Source: Asterias rubens (lineage: Eukaryota). From it: a stretch of 64,000 bases of DNA. The position numbers were made by a program, and so were the translations under genes. A model generated the notes under the pieces. The model ran no database searches, was not told where the DNA came from, and was given only the letters and a program-made list of their open reading frames with translations. The stretch covers positions 2,914,001 through 2,978,000 of the forward strand of contig NC_047064.1 in assembly GCF_902459465.1 (NCBI RefSeq). Direction: 5' to 3'. This document shows positions 27,601 through 42,600 of this stretch, piece by piece. Position 1 is the first letter of the stretch, and each line of letters begins with the position of its first letter.

Positions 27601-30600
27601 ATATTTATTTAGCTTTCACAGTCTGTGTTCATTATAGTTGTAATCATTATTAAAGTACACTCTGTCAAACTTGACCCGGATTTCAGGCGGTCTGACCCAG
27701 TTCTGGATCAGTCTGACCCGGAAACTAGATTTTAACCAGGATTCTACGTCAGTTTGACCCATTTCTTGATCATTTTGACACAGGTTTGAGGTCACATGCC
27801 TACGCATGCCTGATGGATTTATGCCAAGTGATGTTGGTTTTGATTACCGGTCTACGAGGAAGATTAGATAAGGCATGGCCAGGGGATGGATTTGCGGAGG
27901 ACTTTGATGTGATTTAGGGTTAAAGTTTATAACACAATAACCTCGAACCCAATAATAACATCACCGTGTGCCGTTATTCATCAGTAACCCCTGGCATTTA
28001 CCGGGAGTTGCGAGCAAAAAGCTTCCTCGTGAAAATAGCTCCTCGCCCTATTCATACACACCCTTATGTTGGTCACGACTTTCCAAATGTCCACAAATAA
28101 CTTCTGAGTCTAATCTAGGCCGATAAATCAAACCATGAAAAATCTGAAGGTCACATGGCCCAATTTAATAGAGCTGCTTAAGCACAACAACTAGCTAAGC
28201 ACAACAAACTAATTATGACTAACATAATAAGGTTACCAGCCAAAATACCATTTCACAAGTACAAATCCTGTCAATTTCTGCCTAGCAGACAATTGATAAG
28301 CATCAATATCTGCTTAGGCAGTTCTATAAAATTTGACCATGGTAGAAACATGTGAATTGATCAGCCGTAGAATTCGAGTTGCTTTGAGCGATGTTTTCTT
28401 AAGATATTGCCCGTCTCCGTTTAAATTTCCACCGTGCATCTGACGCCCCGAGGTTCTCTCTCTCTGGAACACAAGTCGAGTCCTTCTTTAAGCAAAGGGA
28501 TCGGATATTTAATTTGGATGACAGCAGTGATTTATAAAGTGATTTATAGATAACTGCCCGGTTTGGATGTAAATGTTTTGTCTTAATTAATTAATGCTGT
28601 ATCGTCTAGCTAAAATTCACACAACGACTGTTTGCGGGGTGTTCTGTGAGATCGCTGGTGAACAATACATTTTGTTTCTGTCTGTTTTATAATATAGCCT
28701 AACTTATCTCTCGGAGGTTTCATGTTATCCAGTGCAACATTGACAGGAAAAGACAATTTAACATCCCACTTGTTATTCTTCTAATAAAATGAACAAAATT
28801 GATTTTAGTTTTAAAAGAGGGGGGAAATATAAAATATCGTTGCCAATGACACGTAAATCTGTCACGGTAAATCAAAACTGCATGCACCATGGGCGAAACA
28901 GACGATGAGGTGTCTACTGCCCAAAAAGTTCCAAAAATCTCCAAGGTGTATTCTTGATTACTTTTAATCTGTATAATTTGTTGTGAAGCCTTGTAAATAA
29001 CTACGTTTCTTTTCTGTTCTTTTTTTTTCTTTCTTTCTTCAAATCCACACCTGGTTTCTATTGATTACTGGTCTTCCTCGTAGTGACTTGTTCATCTGTA
29101 AAACAACGCCATATTATAAACGCCCTCTGTTGACGTTGAAGAGTTCCAATGTCAACGTGGACGTCACAAATTAACTAATTTGTTTTTCTTTGATAGCCAA
29201 AATGATAAATAATTGTCACTTACCTAGGGGATTCATATCAGACAACGAGACACTGCAATCAAAATCGTACCATCTTAAGGACCTATTTAGCATTTTAATT
29301 TTGTTTAAAACTGACGAGAGCCCGCCGTTTTAATATTCTTAAAATTGCAGTCGCATTCCTTGGGGCATTGGTAAAGGAGAATGATGCAAAGCTGTCTTCT
29401 CGCTCCAAAGACTTAAGTGGTGCTTATAAAAAGGAAATAACTTTTTGTAATTTGTTTTATTTTCATGAAAGCCCCTCCCTACTTGATAAATTCCGTCTCC
29501 TGAACAATTTAGTTTATTACCATACTTCATGGCGACACGGTTCATATTTATAGATTGTCACATAATAATCAGCCAAGGGAAAATAATAACATGTTTCTCC
29601 CTCGCTCTGTTACTTCTTCTTCTTCGAAAGACAAAAAAAAGGTTGATAATAATCGAAGGCAAAAAGCACTCAGATGCTGATTAAATTCGTATCGTGGTCA
29701 TTTTCAGCGCAACGTAATGAGGATTGTTTTTGAAAATGCCACAAATTGTCGCTAGTTTCATGTATTATGCAATTGTTTCTGGGATCAGCTGAATTCGTCT
29801 TTTTATTTTCTCATTAGTGCATTTCAAACTTGAAAAAACACCATTGCAAAAAACATTGCAATTGTTTAATTTCATCCCTTTGGTGAAGTTACGGATGCAT
29901 GCGTTTTGTTGATAGCCAGTAATAAGCCCTCCACGAACACTCAACACACAACCCGAATTTGAAGACATTTTCATACCTAAATAAAGTTTTTTAATAAAAT
30001 AAAAACATTATTACTTGTTTTTGTTTTTTTTTGTGGTAAAAAAAGGAAGATGCGAATCAATTAATTCCATCAATAAATTTAAAAATGTGATACATCGGTC
30101 TGGCATAATATGCCAACAACATTACAGATTTCCTAGTGAGTCCTAACCGTAGATGACAATTCACTAGTAGTTTTAATCTGCATTACTAGTCCTATACTAA
30201 AGGACAATAATGTGTTCTCCAAAGATCAGTATTCAAAAGATTCGCAACACCAATAATTTTTCACAGGACTCGGGAAAGTACTGAGTATACAGTGCTACAC
30301 ACATCGGTGTAAATGGGTAAAAACCAAAAATTAATATTCTTTATCCCCGATGCAAACTTAACATCTATTAAACACCATAATACTCTTTATCTACATGCTG
30401 TAGTCTCTATAACATTGAATTTTTTTTTTTTTTTTTTTTTCGATTTACAGAAAGTACAGACTGGAGATGGAATTGGCCAACATGGTGTGGAAAATCAAAT
30501 GGGAGGACATTACATTCAACAACAAGATGGACAAGCAGCGAAAATTAACGGGCAGTAGGGCGAGTCTTGGATCGGTAGGTTTTAATAAACATCTTATTTT

Positions 30601-33600
30601 CAGCTCTATAAATTGTTGTCGTCGACTACGTGTCTTGGTCGAGCAGTCTATACTGGAACTCAAGTTCTGTACCCGATTTCTTTGCATAAAGCCCATGCAA
30701 AGCCTTTCATTGCATATTGCATATAAAACTAAAGCATGGAAAGTTGACACTTTTCTTTCGAGTTTGCATTTAGAAGAATAGGATTGCTTCAAATTGCGTT
30801 ATAATGTAGGACCGTTCGGGGCCGGAGCGTGATTTTTATCTGCCTGTGAACTCAAGCGATTCCGTTACTCTAACTCTACACCGAGTCTCTATTAAATTGC
30901 GGTTTGTACGAGTCGTCGCTACGGGTGTTTAATGAAACATTTCGCCTCTTGAGGGCGCACTACATCAACCACATCATCTTTGCTGATGATGCAAAAGAGA
31001 ACAAAAATAATACACACTGCTTCATTAGTCACTATTCCCACCGCGTGCACGGGTAATGTCACGTTCGGTTAATATCCTTCGGCAACGCTTAGGTTATAAT
31101 GTGATAAGAAAGTAATTGTTCGTGATCAATTGCTGTTTAAAGGCAGGAAATTAAGCTACAAAAATAAACTTGAAGTTTGTGTGGCACATCTGTCAAGACG
31201 TAATTGTGATCGTCAATCTTATATTGTTCATAGAGGCATACACAATGGTTTTGTTTATTTTGGGGTGTGTGTTTGTTTTTGTTTTTAATCAAAGACACTG
31301 TGATTTAGTTAGAAAAAATACCTACTAAAATAGCTCCTGTTGTGTGTAGATGTTATGTCTTTATGTTGTTCTTTTATATTGTATATAATCTGGGGGATGT
31401 GAAAATCGTATAAGTTCAGTTGTAGCCTGAAGTGTTACCAAAATTCTTATTATGAGAAACTGACGATTGTCTAAAAAGATTAAAATGTGGTTGAGTACTC
31501 AATAGAACTGAGGCGTCCTGCACGTGATAACTTATGTTTACGGGGCTCTTCTAACTCCCCCGTGACGAATCGGAAATTCATTCAACCCAATAATAATTAG
31601 TCTCAATTCTCACACAGGGTTGTTTACTAAGCAAAACAAAATTATGCTCATCGGAATGTGGTTACCAGCCAAAATACCATGTTGCATGTACCACTTGTGA
31701 CTGGTACCATGCTCATTTATGGTTGGCAGAAAAATTGTTAGGCAATATTTTCTGCCGAAGCAGCTTTTTAAATGACGTCACAGTTGGTAAATAACGTCGC
31801 AAACTTGTTTTAGAATGCTACATCAATTTCAAACGAAGAACTTATGTTTTATAGAAAAAGGGAAAGAGTTTTGGTTTAAAGATGCACGAAGGATTACTAT
31901 CCAGATATCTAGTGATGTATATTTTTTTAACATTTGTCTTTTGTATTAAAGTGGGTTGGGTTCAGTTATTTTCCAGGAATATTACTTTATTCATAGTCTG
32001 TGTGGATACATCTATATTCTTTACTCGTGCAAACAGTTGAAGCAAATATTGACAGCGTGCGGCAACGACGGTGAAATACCTCCAGGGTATGGCAGTTGTA
32101 TACGTATTCGCAATAATTTAAGCTAATGCCGGGTACATAGTGACGAATTGTGTCATGACGCAGAAGCAATTTGTAATATTCAAAAGATCAAAATGTGTAC
32201 CATTTCATCGAACGGTCAGCTCACCTGAAACAAAAACACGTTTAGTCGATTGTATAAACCGTAGGCCTATTTTTCAAACGTAGAAATAAATCAACTGTCT
32301 ATAGTTATCTTTTGTTGAACACATCACATTCACTTTGGAAAGACAAAAATAACATGTCAGATTGAATCATTTGTCGGGCTGTTTTGATGATTTCTCCTAT
32401 TTGATATAAATTGCTTAAAAAGGACATTACCTTTCTTTTGTTTCAATAACTACAACCTGCAGTCACTGTAACTATAGACACTCATAACAATGTCATCAAC
32501 CTTTCGAGATACCATTAAACCGGGCACGCACGGTATTCAAACAATGTCCATGTTACTTTCTTAAAGAATGCGAACTATGAATGTCACTTTTACTTAATAC
32601 TTATCCCAAGGAATCTATCCCACTGGGCAAAATTGACACATCTGTTTTAACACCTAAGTAAATTATTAATTTCTTAATTGGACACGCACAGTACGTTCAA
32701 CTGTCACACATGGACGTAACTTGATGGGATGCACATTTTTTCTTGTAATAACAAGTTACATCCCTATCTAAATGATGTTGTCTTGGCTTCCTTTGAATGT
32801 GATATGTTATGGTTGCAAGTGATCCGGAAATAGCATCATAGTTCTCGAGTTAAAGGATTCGGATACTTTTTCAAAATGTCCACAGATTTACATTGAACTT
32901 ACAGGGTTTGAAGATAATGATAATGGAAAGCTTCCCTTCAAATAATTTATTACTAACTAAGGTTGTGTAGTTTTTGAGAAATGAGTAAAACAAGTAACAA
33001 CATTATTTTAGCATGTAAAATCCCCTTAACTAGTTATGATAATACCAAACCATAGCATAACTGGTTAATACGTTTTTACATGCTAAAACTGAGACGATAA
33101 TTATTACTTTTACTCATGTAAGTAAAATATTTCAAGGGAAGCTTTCTACTATCATATTCTTCAAACTGTGTAAGTTTAATGAAAATCTGGGGACATTGTG
33201 TTTTTTTGTTAAGAAGAAGTGCACTGACCCTTTAATGGGGTCTCCTCCTCCGAGCAGTGAAGTCAGAGCCTTTTACAGAAGGAAGAACTAAGGGAATAGC
33301 ACAATGAGGTGAAACTAAAAACACATGCAAACATTACACAGGGATGAATTTCATCAGGGGCTTTGTTGGGGCTACACATGAAAGCTTTGTACATGTTGAG
33401 TATTTGCGGATGGGCTTGTCCGATGGCTGCTGTTGTGAATCGCACGAGTCGCAGAACAAGCGGGTACGACTGAATCCCAAGACACCTTGTATCGCCTGCG
33501 CAAAGACCACATCCTTTTCAATCTTGATAGGATGTCACTATGTTGCAAAATGGAAGCTGACTCCAATTCCATTAAAAGGGATGTTGTATTTTGTTTCTGT

Positions 33601-36600
33601 CCGAGAGATAATTTCAGTTTTAACAACCACCACATTAAAAATAAATACGGTACCCAGATCAAATCCTACAGCGACATTGCAGGATGTTTGTTATTGAAAC
33701 GAGAATACAGAAATATACCGTAGTCCATTTTTACTGCCCTGTCCTCCAAGCCAAAGACAATCCTGAAACCATCTCTTGGGGTTGGCATGTGAACATGGCT
33801 ATGCGTTTTGCGCTCGCCTCTCACCAATGTGACACTGGTTCGATTCACGGCTAAGACCATAGGGCAGTTGTGAGTTGTTCCTATCATATGCCACGTAGAG
33901 TTTTTTTTCCATTTTGGAAAAATCAAACGCATTATCTGGCTGTGCTTCGTGGTCATTGGTTGATGTGGCTATCTGCCAAAGGGCGCCCTCTCGTGCATGC
34001 TTCTCGAACACGTTATAGCCGCGTCCTTCGCATTTCAGCTTTTCAGCTGCAAGTAAGAATGATTAGCCCTCCCAAATTATTATTATTAATGTTATTACTC
34101 CTGAGGAGTATGCAGCCCGGCAGCCAAATTCGCGCCAATAAAAGCTAATCAACCTTAAAGACGAATCGTATATGCATTCACAGGTATCCGTTTACTCAAC
34201 TATAGAGGCACATGGCAAATACTTCTCGCCCAAGATCTTCCAACTAAAAGCTTTTTCACACCAGAGGAAATTTGATTCCCTTTTGATGCAATTGAACACC
34301 CTGAGTACGGTGTATAAATGGGTTGTTTGCACCACTGCATGCTATAACAGGTTAATAGAAAACGGTGTGATATCCTAATGTGTCCTTGTGGGGTCCGCCC
34401 AGACCATCAAACCTTGCAGACCGTGGAATACATTAGGGTTAAGCATGAATGGTTCCGCACTTCAATCAGGTTGGATGAGAATTAATGTTTATCGAGGAGC
34501 ACATTAAAGGTGACATGCTTTTTTCGAAATAACTTGCCTTTTTATGGTGTGTGTACCGAGCTTCTTGGGTTTTAGTAACATTTGCTTATCCTCCACAAAA
34601 AATGGTACAACAGGAAGTACATTTCACACCAAACAAAAACAAAAGCATATCTTGTAAACACAAATCAATACACTCAAGACACTCCCGGGTCACTGCTGAC
34701 CTGACCTGGATTCTGGATCCCAGTGGTCTGACACCTGAAAATGGTCAATGAATTGAATGTTGAGCCCCAATGTTGCGTTATTTTGCGTCAGCCTGCAACA
34801 GTTTGACCCATTTCATTATTACACAAGATTCCGGGTCATACATACCCAGGAATGGGTCAGACCCCACGGGACAAGATCAAGGTCAACTGACCCGGAAGTT
34901 TTTGGAGTGTGGGAATATCAAAAGTTCTACTAATCTAGAACCAAAAAAAAATTGCTTAGTTTCAGGGGCAAATCAAAGGGTTTTGGGCATTCGTAAAATC
35001 ACATAACTTCGACGTCGACGTCACACGTATGGAAACTTGTCTGCATGAGAACAGTATTGTGGTATCACTTTATCAAACGAATTGTGCATAATGTTTTTAC
35101 TTTATAAAAAAAATGACACAAATGTGCCTTAAATCATGCCAAGCACGCGACGGCAATCAACACTTCCAGATAAAAACAAATTTAACATATTTTTTCAACG
35201 CCTATCCGTTTTCAGATTTTAAATTCAGTCTCGGCTGAAATGTTACTGTCTAGACAAATTGATATTTGACACAGTAACTTAAGCAACATGTACCAATCTA
35301 ATCTCCCATTCGTGCGAGGGGAATTTGACGAAATACAAACATGGTAATTAAAAAGAAATCCGTGAAATAATAAATGATGTTTTGGTTTTGTGGTAATTTC
35401 TTTTAGCAACGTCAGTCTTGGCTCGAGAGAATCCGACTCGTGTGGTGCGACTTACGAAACCCAATACTACTGACCCCCGCTGTCGTGTGCGAGTCTTACG
35501 AGTGAATTATCACGCCGTGACGGCGGATTTCTTCACCATTAGTGGGATGTTTTCTTTTGCTTGTTCGAACCCTCGGCCCCAAGCTGTCCGCGGGTTCTTG
35601 AATTCCCCCACCCTTCCCCAAAAAAGAAAAGAAAAAAGGAAATCGCAGGTCAATACTTAAATTGGTACATGGAACAGTCGTCGGGTCTGAGATAAAGCCA
35701 TTTACCCCGTTGGTGCTACACACGGCAGAGAGCGTAGTGCTACTTGCTGGCCGCGACGTGACTCGGAGTTATTGAAAGATGTCGTCAGCCTACGGAGGCC
35801 GTGAAGCTGGAAATGAACACCGACACTCTATAAATTGCAACTCAGCTCAAAAAAAAAAAATGTGCCCGATTTCATAAAACCGCTTGAGCAGAGGAATCAT
35901 TTGCTGAACGGGATTACAAAATGCATGTTACTCTGGTCCCTATACCCTTGGCCTTCACACGAGAAAATCGAATACAAAATAGCGAATAGACGCTCCTTCG
36001 TGTAAAGTCATGAAGGATTTGTTTTGATTTCATTTAATGTCGAGTTTGCGCGTTATTTTTATACCAGGTCCATCGATAACTGCAATCGAATTCTGCAATT
36101 AGGTTTTAACTGTAGGTTCTCTCAAGCTTGTTTTTCGAAACCGAGTTGTGTCAGTTTGCCTTGCGGATATTTTCATCCATTATTTGTTCGTTCGTTCTTT
36201 CTTAACATATTTGGAAGAAACAGAGTTGGGAACATGCCTCTTTATTTAATTCTTGTTTAATCATCTTTTAGCTAAATAGTAACTGTTGAATGATTTCCTG
36301 GTTCGTGGTATCCCCACTTGTATAAACCTGCTGAAGAATAGATGGGATGAACATGAGATTTGAAATGCTTTGTGATATTTATTGTTGCTCAATCATTCTA
36401 AACCAAGTCCTATTATTAGTACGTGGCAAAATATGCCAATAATGATTGCCAATGGATTTACATCATAGAGCTACAATACTATTGGTAGAGACGAATCGTT
36501 CGTAAACAAGAAGAGGTGACTTTTTTATAGGATTGGGTCAGGGGAAATGGTCCAATGGGCATGCGTGTACGTCAGCCCATCCCATGGCGCAGTGCCTTTG

Positions 36601-39600
36601 GTTCAGACGCTGGGGGACAGAGGCATGCCAAATAAGCGAGCTTACTTTACACAGCGCCACCAAGTTTATCCCACTGGATTGTCCTTTGTTAGCACTGTTT
36701 CGTAAAAAGTCGATACCCAACATAACATACATGCAGAGTACTCATTAGCTGAACAAATAACCTGTGTAGGTTTGTCAGATGGAGATCACCTGTGAGTGGG
36801 TGTTTTGTATGGCACTGTGGGTATAGCAAGGATTTTACGCAAGGCGTTGAAATTCGCCCAGCGCAAAATTCAAATTTCCCATGTGCATTGTGAACTCCCT
36901 GTGTTGACGGTCTACTTTGAAAACAACCTCTCCAGTACACACTATTGGTGGCGTTCTTTATCGAGAATTCGCAATCTTTGGCTGCAATAATTTGGGTATC
37001 GTTTTTGCTCTCAAATTTTAGTTTAGATAATGAAATACTAAATACATGCAATCTACGATCGAGCTTTTAAAAGGATCACCGCTGGTCCAAAATAGTACAT
37101 TTCATCCGAAAACGCTCAAAGCTCATACTACAAAACTTACTTTTAGTCCAAATGGACAACCCAAATTGACTTCACGGTTCCACCTCCAAACCGAAGCAAT
37201 GCTAATTTACGCAGTGTAGTGCTTCAAACTTGATTTATCTAGTCAATATTTATTCCTTTATAAAGTGTACGCAACCCCAGTGCACACAGTGCTGTGTTGT
37301 ACCATAGACGGTTCTACACTCTAAGCTTATTTGAACTCTAAAATGATGTTTGTGTGCACTTTATTTACATACACCCCCTCCATCCAGTTTTCGTGAAAGC
37401 AAATTGAAGTAGTTTTGACAAAACGGATAAAAAAGGATGATTTCGTTAAGGCTCCTCTAGAAATGGAATCAAATTACTTTAAAACAAAATGGTTCAACAC
37501 TTTTCGCCCACTGTTTCTTGGGCCAACAACTGGAAAATGCATTAAATGTGTTTTTAGTGCGTAAATTAAGTGTGGAGTGAACAACTTATTTCATACTTAA
37601 CTTTATTTTATCCTCCGATAAAGACTCTGCTATGGTCGAAACGTCAGGCCATTAACTATTTTATGTATTAAATTCACTGACATCGATCACATTGTCATAG
37701 GTCAACAGACATGCGTTTTACTAACCACCTCCATTTTATCTTCTGTTTTTATTCACAGGCTGAATCGGGTCAGAGCGTGTGGGGAGGCAATCAGCAAATC
37801 TTCACCGTTACTGGTTACTATAAGGTGAGGGTTGCAAGATGCATAAACCATTATTAAGAGTATTTGTGTTCGTTGTTACACCCTAAACATTTTAAGGGGT
37901 CATAATTTACTTGAATTCTGAGTCCCTGAGGGTGGGGGTGTCCCATTTATGGGTCAGGATTATTATGAGCACCACACTAAGAAGTGATGTTGTTTTTCTT
38001 ATAGCGCAGTGGGTTTATTCTGCGCCGAGTGGCAGAAAGGTCCGATGCCCTGTATCCCTTATGGAGATAAGTGATGTATTCGTAATGATATCTGACTACC
38101 GACCCGTCAATAGGACCATGTAATGCATCCCCTCTAAGGGGAAGCGCCTCCAACTATATTACCTTGCATATTTTGTTTTATAATGGCAGTGCCAGTAAAG
38201 GTAATATTTGACGGACCGAATTGTGAAAAGTAAAGCAGCATAGTGTTTGCACGACCTACATACAGTATAACGGCATATTCTCCTTTGAAGAGGTCGAAGA
38301 TCTGAGCTGGTTTATAAGAAATAGAGGAAGGGGGTCATCCGCTCGAAGAAACGCCTTAGAAAGGACTCGTGCACTACCGGGGCTATAAACGTAAAATGCC
38401 TTCAAACTGTGCCTTGCAATTAATGGCTTTTGACCCCTTGGGAAAGCCCCAGACAAGCCCGTCTGAAAACAGACAACATTAGCAGTACCACGATTTGTGT
38501 TTGTTTAATCGAATCTTGTCGAAAGTGGGTCATTTCCAAGGCATCTTCAGTTCGCATTTTGGTCGAGATATTTTCATATGTTCAATTTAGTGCATGGAGT
38601 TTAGCGAAAAAGTAGGCTGATATTGACTGTGGTTTATTTAAATTTTCTCAAGAGGACGTTTTTTTTTCACAATTCAAAGCCTTATCATAGCTGTTTTTTG
38701 TTGCTCATAAAATTGTACCCCCTTAAGACAAATTGTGCTTCTTCGAAGGCGTTTACGAGCCTCATAAGATAAACGACTTCTGACTCTTTGGTATTTTTCT
38801 TGGCCAAACAGATCATTAAATTGATTTACACAGGTATTCAATCTTTCCCCCAAACTATTAAGAAATAAATAATCCAAATTTTCACTTCTAAAGGAAACCT
38901 TTAAAATGTTTGAAGACATTCCCACCTGAGCGCTGATTATGTTGATAGCATTTCTGTTTTTATTCGGCATTTTATACCCTAGCGCCATTCTTGATTCATA
39001 ATGTCTCAAAGCGATGATAGTTGATTTACAATAGAATCCCTTCATCGGTGGCTTGGGAGTATTTGCTTAAACTCTGATTTATAATGTGCGGTTTTCATAT
39101 TCACTTAATATCTGAGATGTTTAAGAGGGGAATGCTTGCGGCATGTGCAGTCTGCTTTCAGATTAGAAGGGGAAACTTGATTATTTATGTCTTGACCCAT
39201 TTTCGTGTTTGACCCGCAGGGAAACATCATCGCAATCAAAAAGGTCAATAGAATCCGAGTAGAGCTGACGAGGAACGTCTTGATTGAACTTAAGCATGTA
39301 AGTCTCCCTCTCAAGTCACTCACCCTGGAGTTGTCTCCAGACAAACACACTAAGGATATACCTCTAAACATATTTTTTTAAGTAGTATTTCGAAAGAAAA
39401 CTAACCTTCCGAAAATCAATTCTTAAAAGCATGAAGCAAATACACCGTCTTAATTCAGTCACCATAATATTCATCCACTGACACACGAGAGTGAAGCCGA
39501 ATTTGATACTATTGGGGACACGGGGTGGCAGCAGACTTACCATTGTTCTCAGAATTGTGCGCATGATCAGAACTGTGCCAAGAACAACAATATACCTGGT

Positions 39601-42600
39601 AAGTCTGCTTCCCCCAGCGTTCCAAAGTCTCCTTTTGAAATATTTTGACATGAAGATGAAAGTTTACACATAAAGAAAGTTAACAATCTTGAAACCGAGT
39701 TCAATGACATCATATAATATGTCTTGAATCTGTGGAGCCACTCTTGTTGAACAACTTGGCTACATGTATAAGTAAATATGTCGGGAACACGCTTTGAAAC
39801 AACATTACTCTAAATAATAGAACAGTATATTCTCTTGTAAGATTATGCCCCAAGTTTGCCCCAAGTTAGTAGAGTTAGCTCTTTATTTATTGATATTTAT
39901 TTCACACCTAAATACAAATCTTGTACAGTAAGATAAATGATGCATGTACTGTAGTTTCTTGCTGCAAAACAGTGTGAGCATCGGTAGCTCTGGAGGATCC
40001 AATGTCATTTTCTCCAAATGGTTTTGGAAAATTTACACAAATGCCAAATCAACATCCTTCATGACGTCACCGTCACAAACTATTATGTTACAATCATTTT
40101 AGAAAACCAAGTGATTTTTACTTTGTATCTTTTTACAATTTCCGAAAATTTCCAGACATCCAGGTGTTTTTTGATAATCAATAAATATATTTTATTTGCT
40201 TTCCCTAAAAACAGAACAGCAGGAAACGCAAAAGTCTGTTAATATATAATGTCTATTATAGGGCCTATGTCTTTAACTATTGGTATGGATTTGGGTATTA
40301 CCTCAATTTGACCCTCTTTTGCAGATCAGTACTAAAAGTGTCTGAAACAAACCACGTGACAACCATTCACGTCACCACAAGATCTGTCAGTTCATGATTA
40401 AACCTTAATGGCTGCCAATCTCGTTTCAGATGAGAGACATATCACACGACCACGTGACGAAGTTTATAGGAGCCTGTATAGATGCGCCGAACATCAGTGT
40501 CATGACAGAGTATTGCCCGAAGGGTAGTTTGCAGGTAAGAGTGGAATCTGCCAGAGCTTTGCCCTCCAGGTTAGAAGTGTACAGGCTTGTTGACCGTCAA
40601 GTTTGCAGTATCTTCTTGTTTAGAATCATGTCTCAAGAGTTGTGTGACATGTTTATGGAAAGACCCTGTGGTGTGATCAAGGGGTGATATTTTTTCAGGA
40701 TTGATTGTTAATAACTGGTTTAAGGATTTTCAAAAAAATCTCATTGACCCTTGGAATATTCTTGAAAGAAGTGAAGCAGTCACACACACAAAACAAACAT
40801 TGGGCGATATAGTTCCGTTAGTACAGCGCCGGCAGAGGTTCTTTTATAAACATGTGACGTCACATTTGGTATAAAAACATTTTAAAAACAAACTTGAAAA
40901 CACCTCGGTTTGTTGTCGACATAGGGAACAATTTAAATTGCAGTTGAGGTTTTTTTCAACTATAGGCCTAAAGAAACTCTCACTGATTGAAATACTTCTT
41001 CATTACTTTTCATAGATTACTACAAGTCTCCAGAAAAAAAAACACTAGAGGTAGATTTGCCCTTATAGCTGAAGTGCTTTTAGTTAGACGAAATCCACTC
41101 CACTCCGATGGTGCAAAATATTATTCCATCCATTGAATAGTGAATAGGTAACTACCACACGATTTGTGTACAGTCTTGCCCCAGGGCACTGATGGTCCAT
41201 CAAGATGCAATGATGCAATCTACGCTCATATACAATCGTTTAAATCATGGAAATTCAATCTAAACATAAGTTTGACATTGTGCATGTAAATGTATGCGTT
41301 GCACGTTTTTGGGACCTCGGTTAATCCACAATATGAGAGTATTAGTGGATTGATTCTTTGCATAATGATAACATAATCTAAATCAGTGACAACATTTCGA
41401 GTTATTATTCTGGTGAACAAAATAATCGGATAGTTATTTCGATCTGTCTATATCTGGAACTTTTTCTGTGGCTAAGCACAGTGCACTTATGCTTACAAGA
41501 CTAAGGTTACCAGCCAAACTACCACGTCATGTGTACAATATGTGACTGGTATCCTGCTCATTTCTGCTATAAAGCTGAAGATTGTTTTAAAAGTTGCAAT
41601 CTCATTTAGCAGCTCTATCGCAGACCGTTACCAGAGCAGCTTATTGATAGAGTTACGACTACGTGCAATTGAATGCAACTGAAAGCTATTTTGCACATCA
41701 CATCCTAAAGCTAGGACCCACCAGACTGCACAATGGGTTGTGCTACTCTTGGACTGAAAATGGCGTCCAGCCAAAGAAAACTGGTCACTCTCTGTCTCAA
41801 CTCTCTCGATCAAAATACGCTGCGGCTCATACATGAAAATGTTATCTTTGCCAGGATGCCTCTTTACTTTGTGATAGATTTCTAACAATCAACACCCATG
41901 CACATTCAGCCAGAAATACTAACATTCACCGCAGCTCACAATTTGCATCTGTTTGTATGTTTAATTCTCTGTTGACAAACAGATCATCGCCTGGTGGCAC
42001 AAGTTCTATGCAATTCACGTTTACATTGAAAACACATTATATTAGAAGTAACTTCTCCGGATTCTGAATGATGTTAACAACATCCTCTCCCCCCCCCCTC
42101 TTCGGGTATTGGATTAATCAAATGGTCTAGACAACCTCTTAACATGGCCCAGGTTTGATACCGACTGATGGACTATGTTAATTTCACCATTCGCGTTCAT
42201 GTACCCTTGGCCCTGTAAATAATGAACGGCTTTCTAAAAAGGCCTTGGAATTAATTTTTGTAGACTGAAGATGTCTTATCTCGAAGATCAAAGATTTTTG
42301 TTATCCCAGACCGCGCTTCTTTCATTACTGAAGCGTACTAGACCTTGAAGTAAAGGCCATTGTATCAGCAAAATGACCTTGTTTCTGTAAACAATTTACT
42401 TCGTATCTGATTTGTGTTTTCTTTCTCGTCCCGGCGTCACTAAGTCGTTAGATTTGATTAAATCCTTCCCGAGAATGGATTTTTGTCTTATTAATGATTC
42501 TTTCATGAGGGAGGCAAAGTTATTATGGACTCATTTGGGAACATTGACTTTTTTAAAGCGGTTGTTAAACGATTCTTTAATCGAGTTACCTGAATAATGA

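Noticed and set aside
33263-34148. Cluster of overlapping 60-117 aa ORFs
   Set aside because: No recognisable domain in any frame, and the host protein alignment needs no exon between 30574 and 37759.
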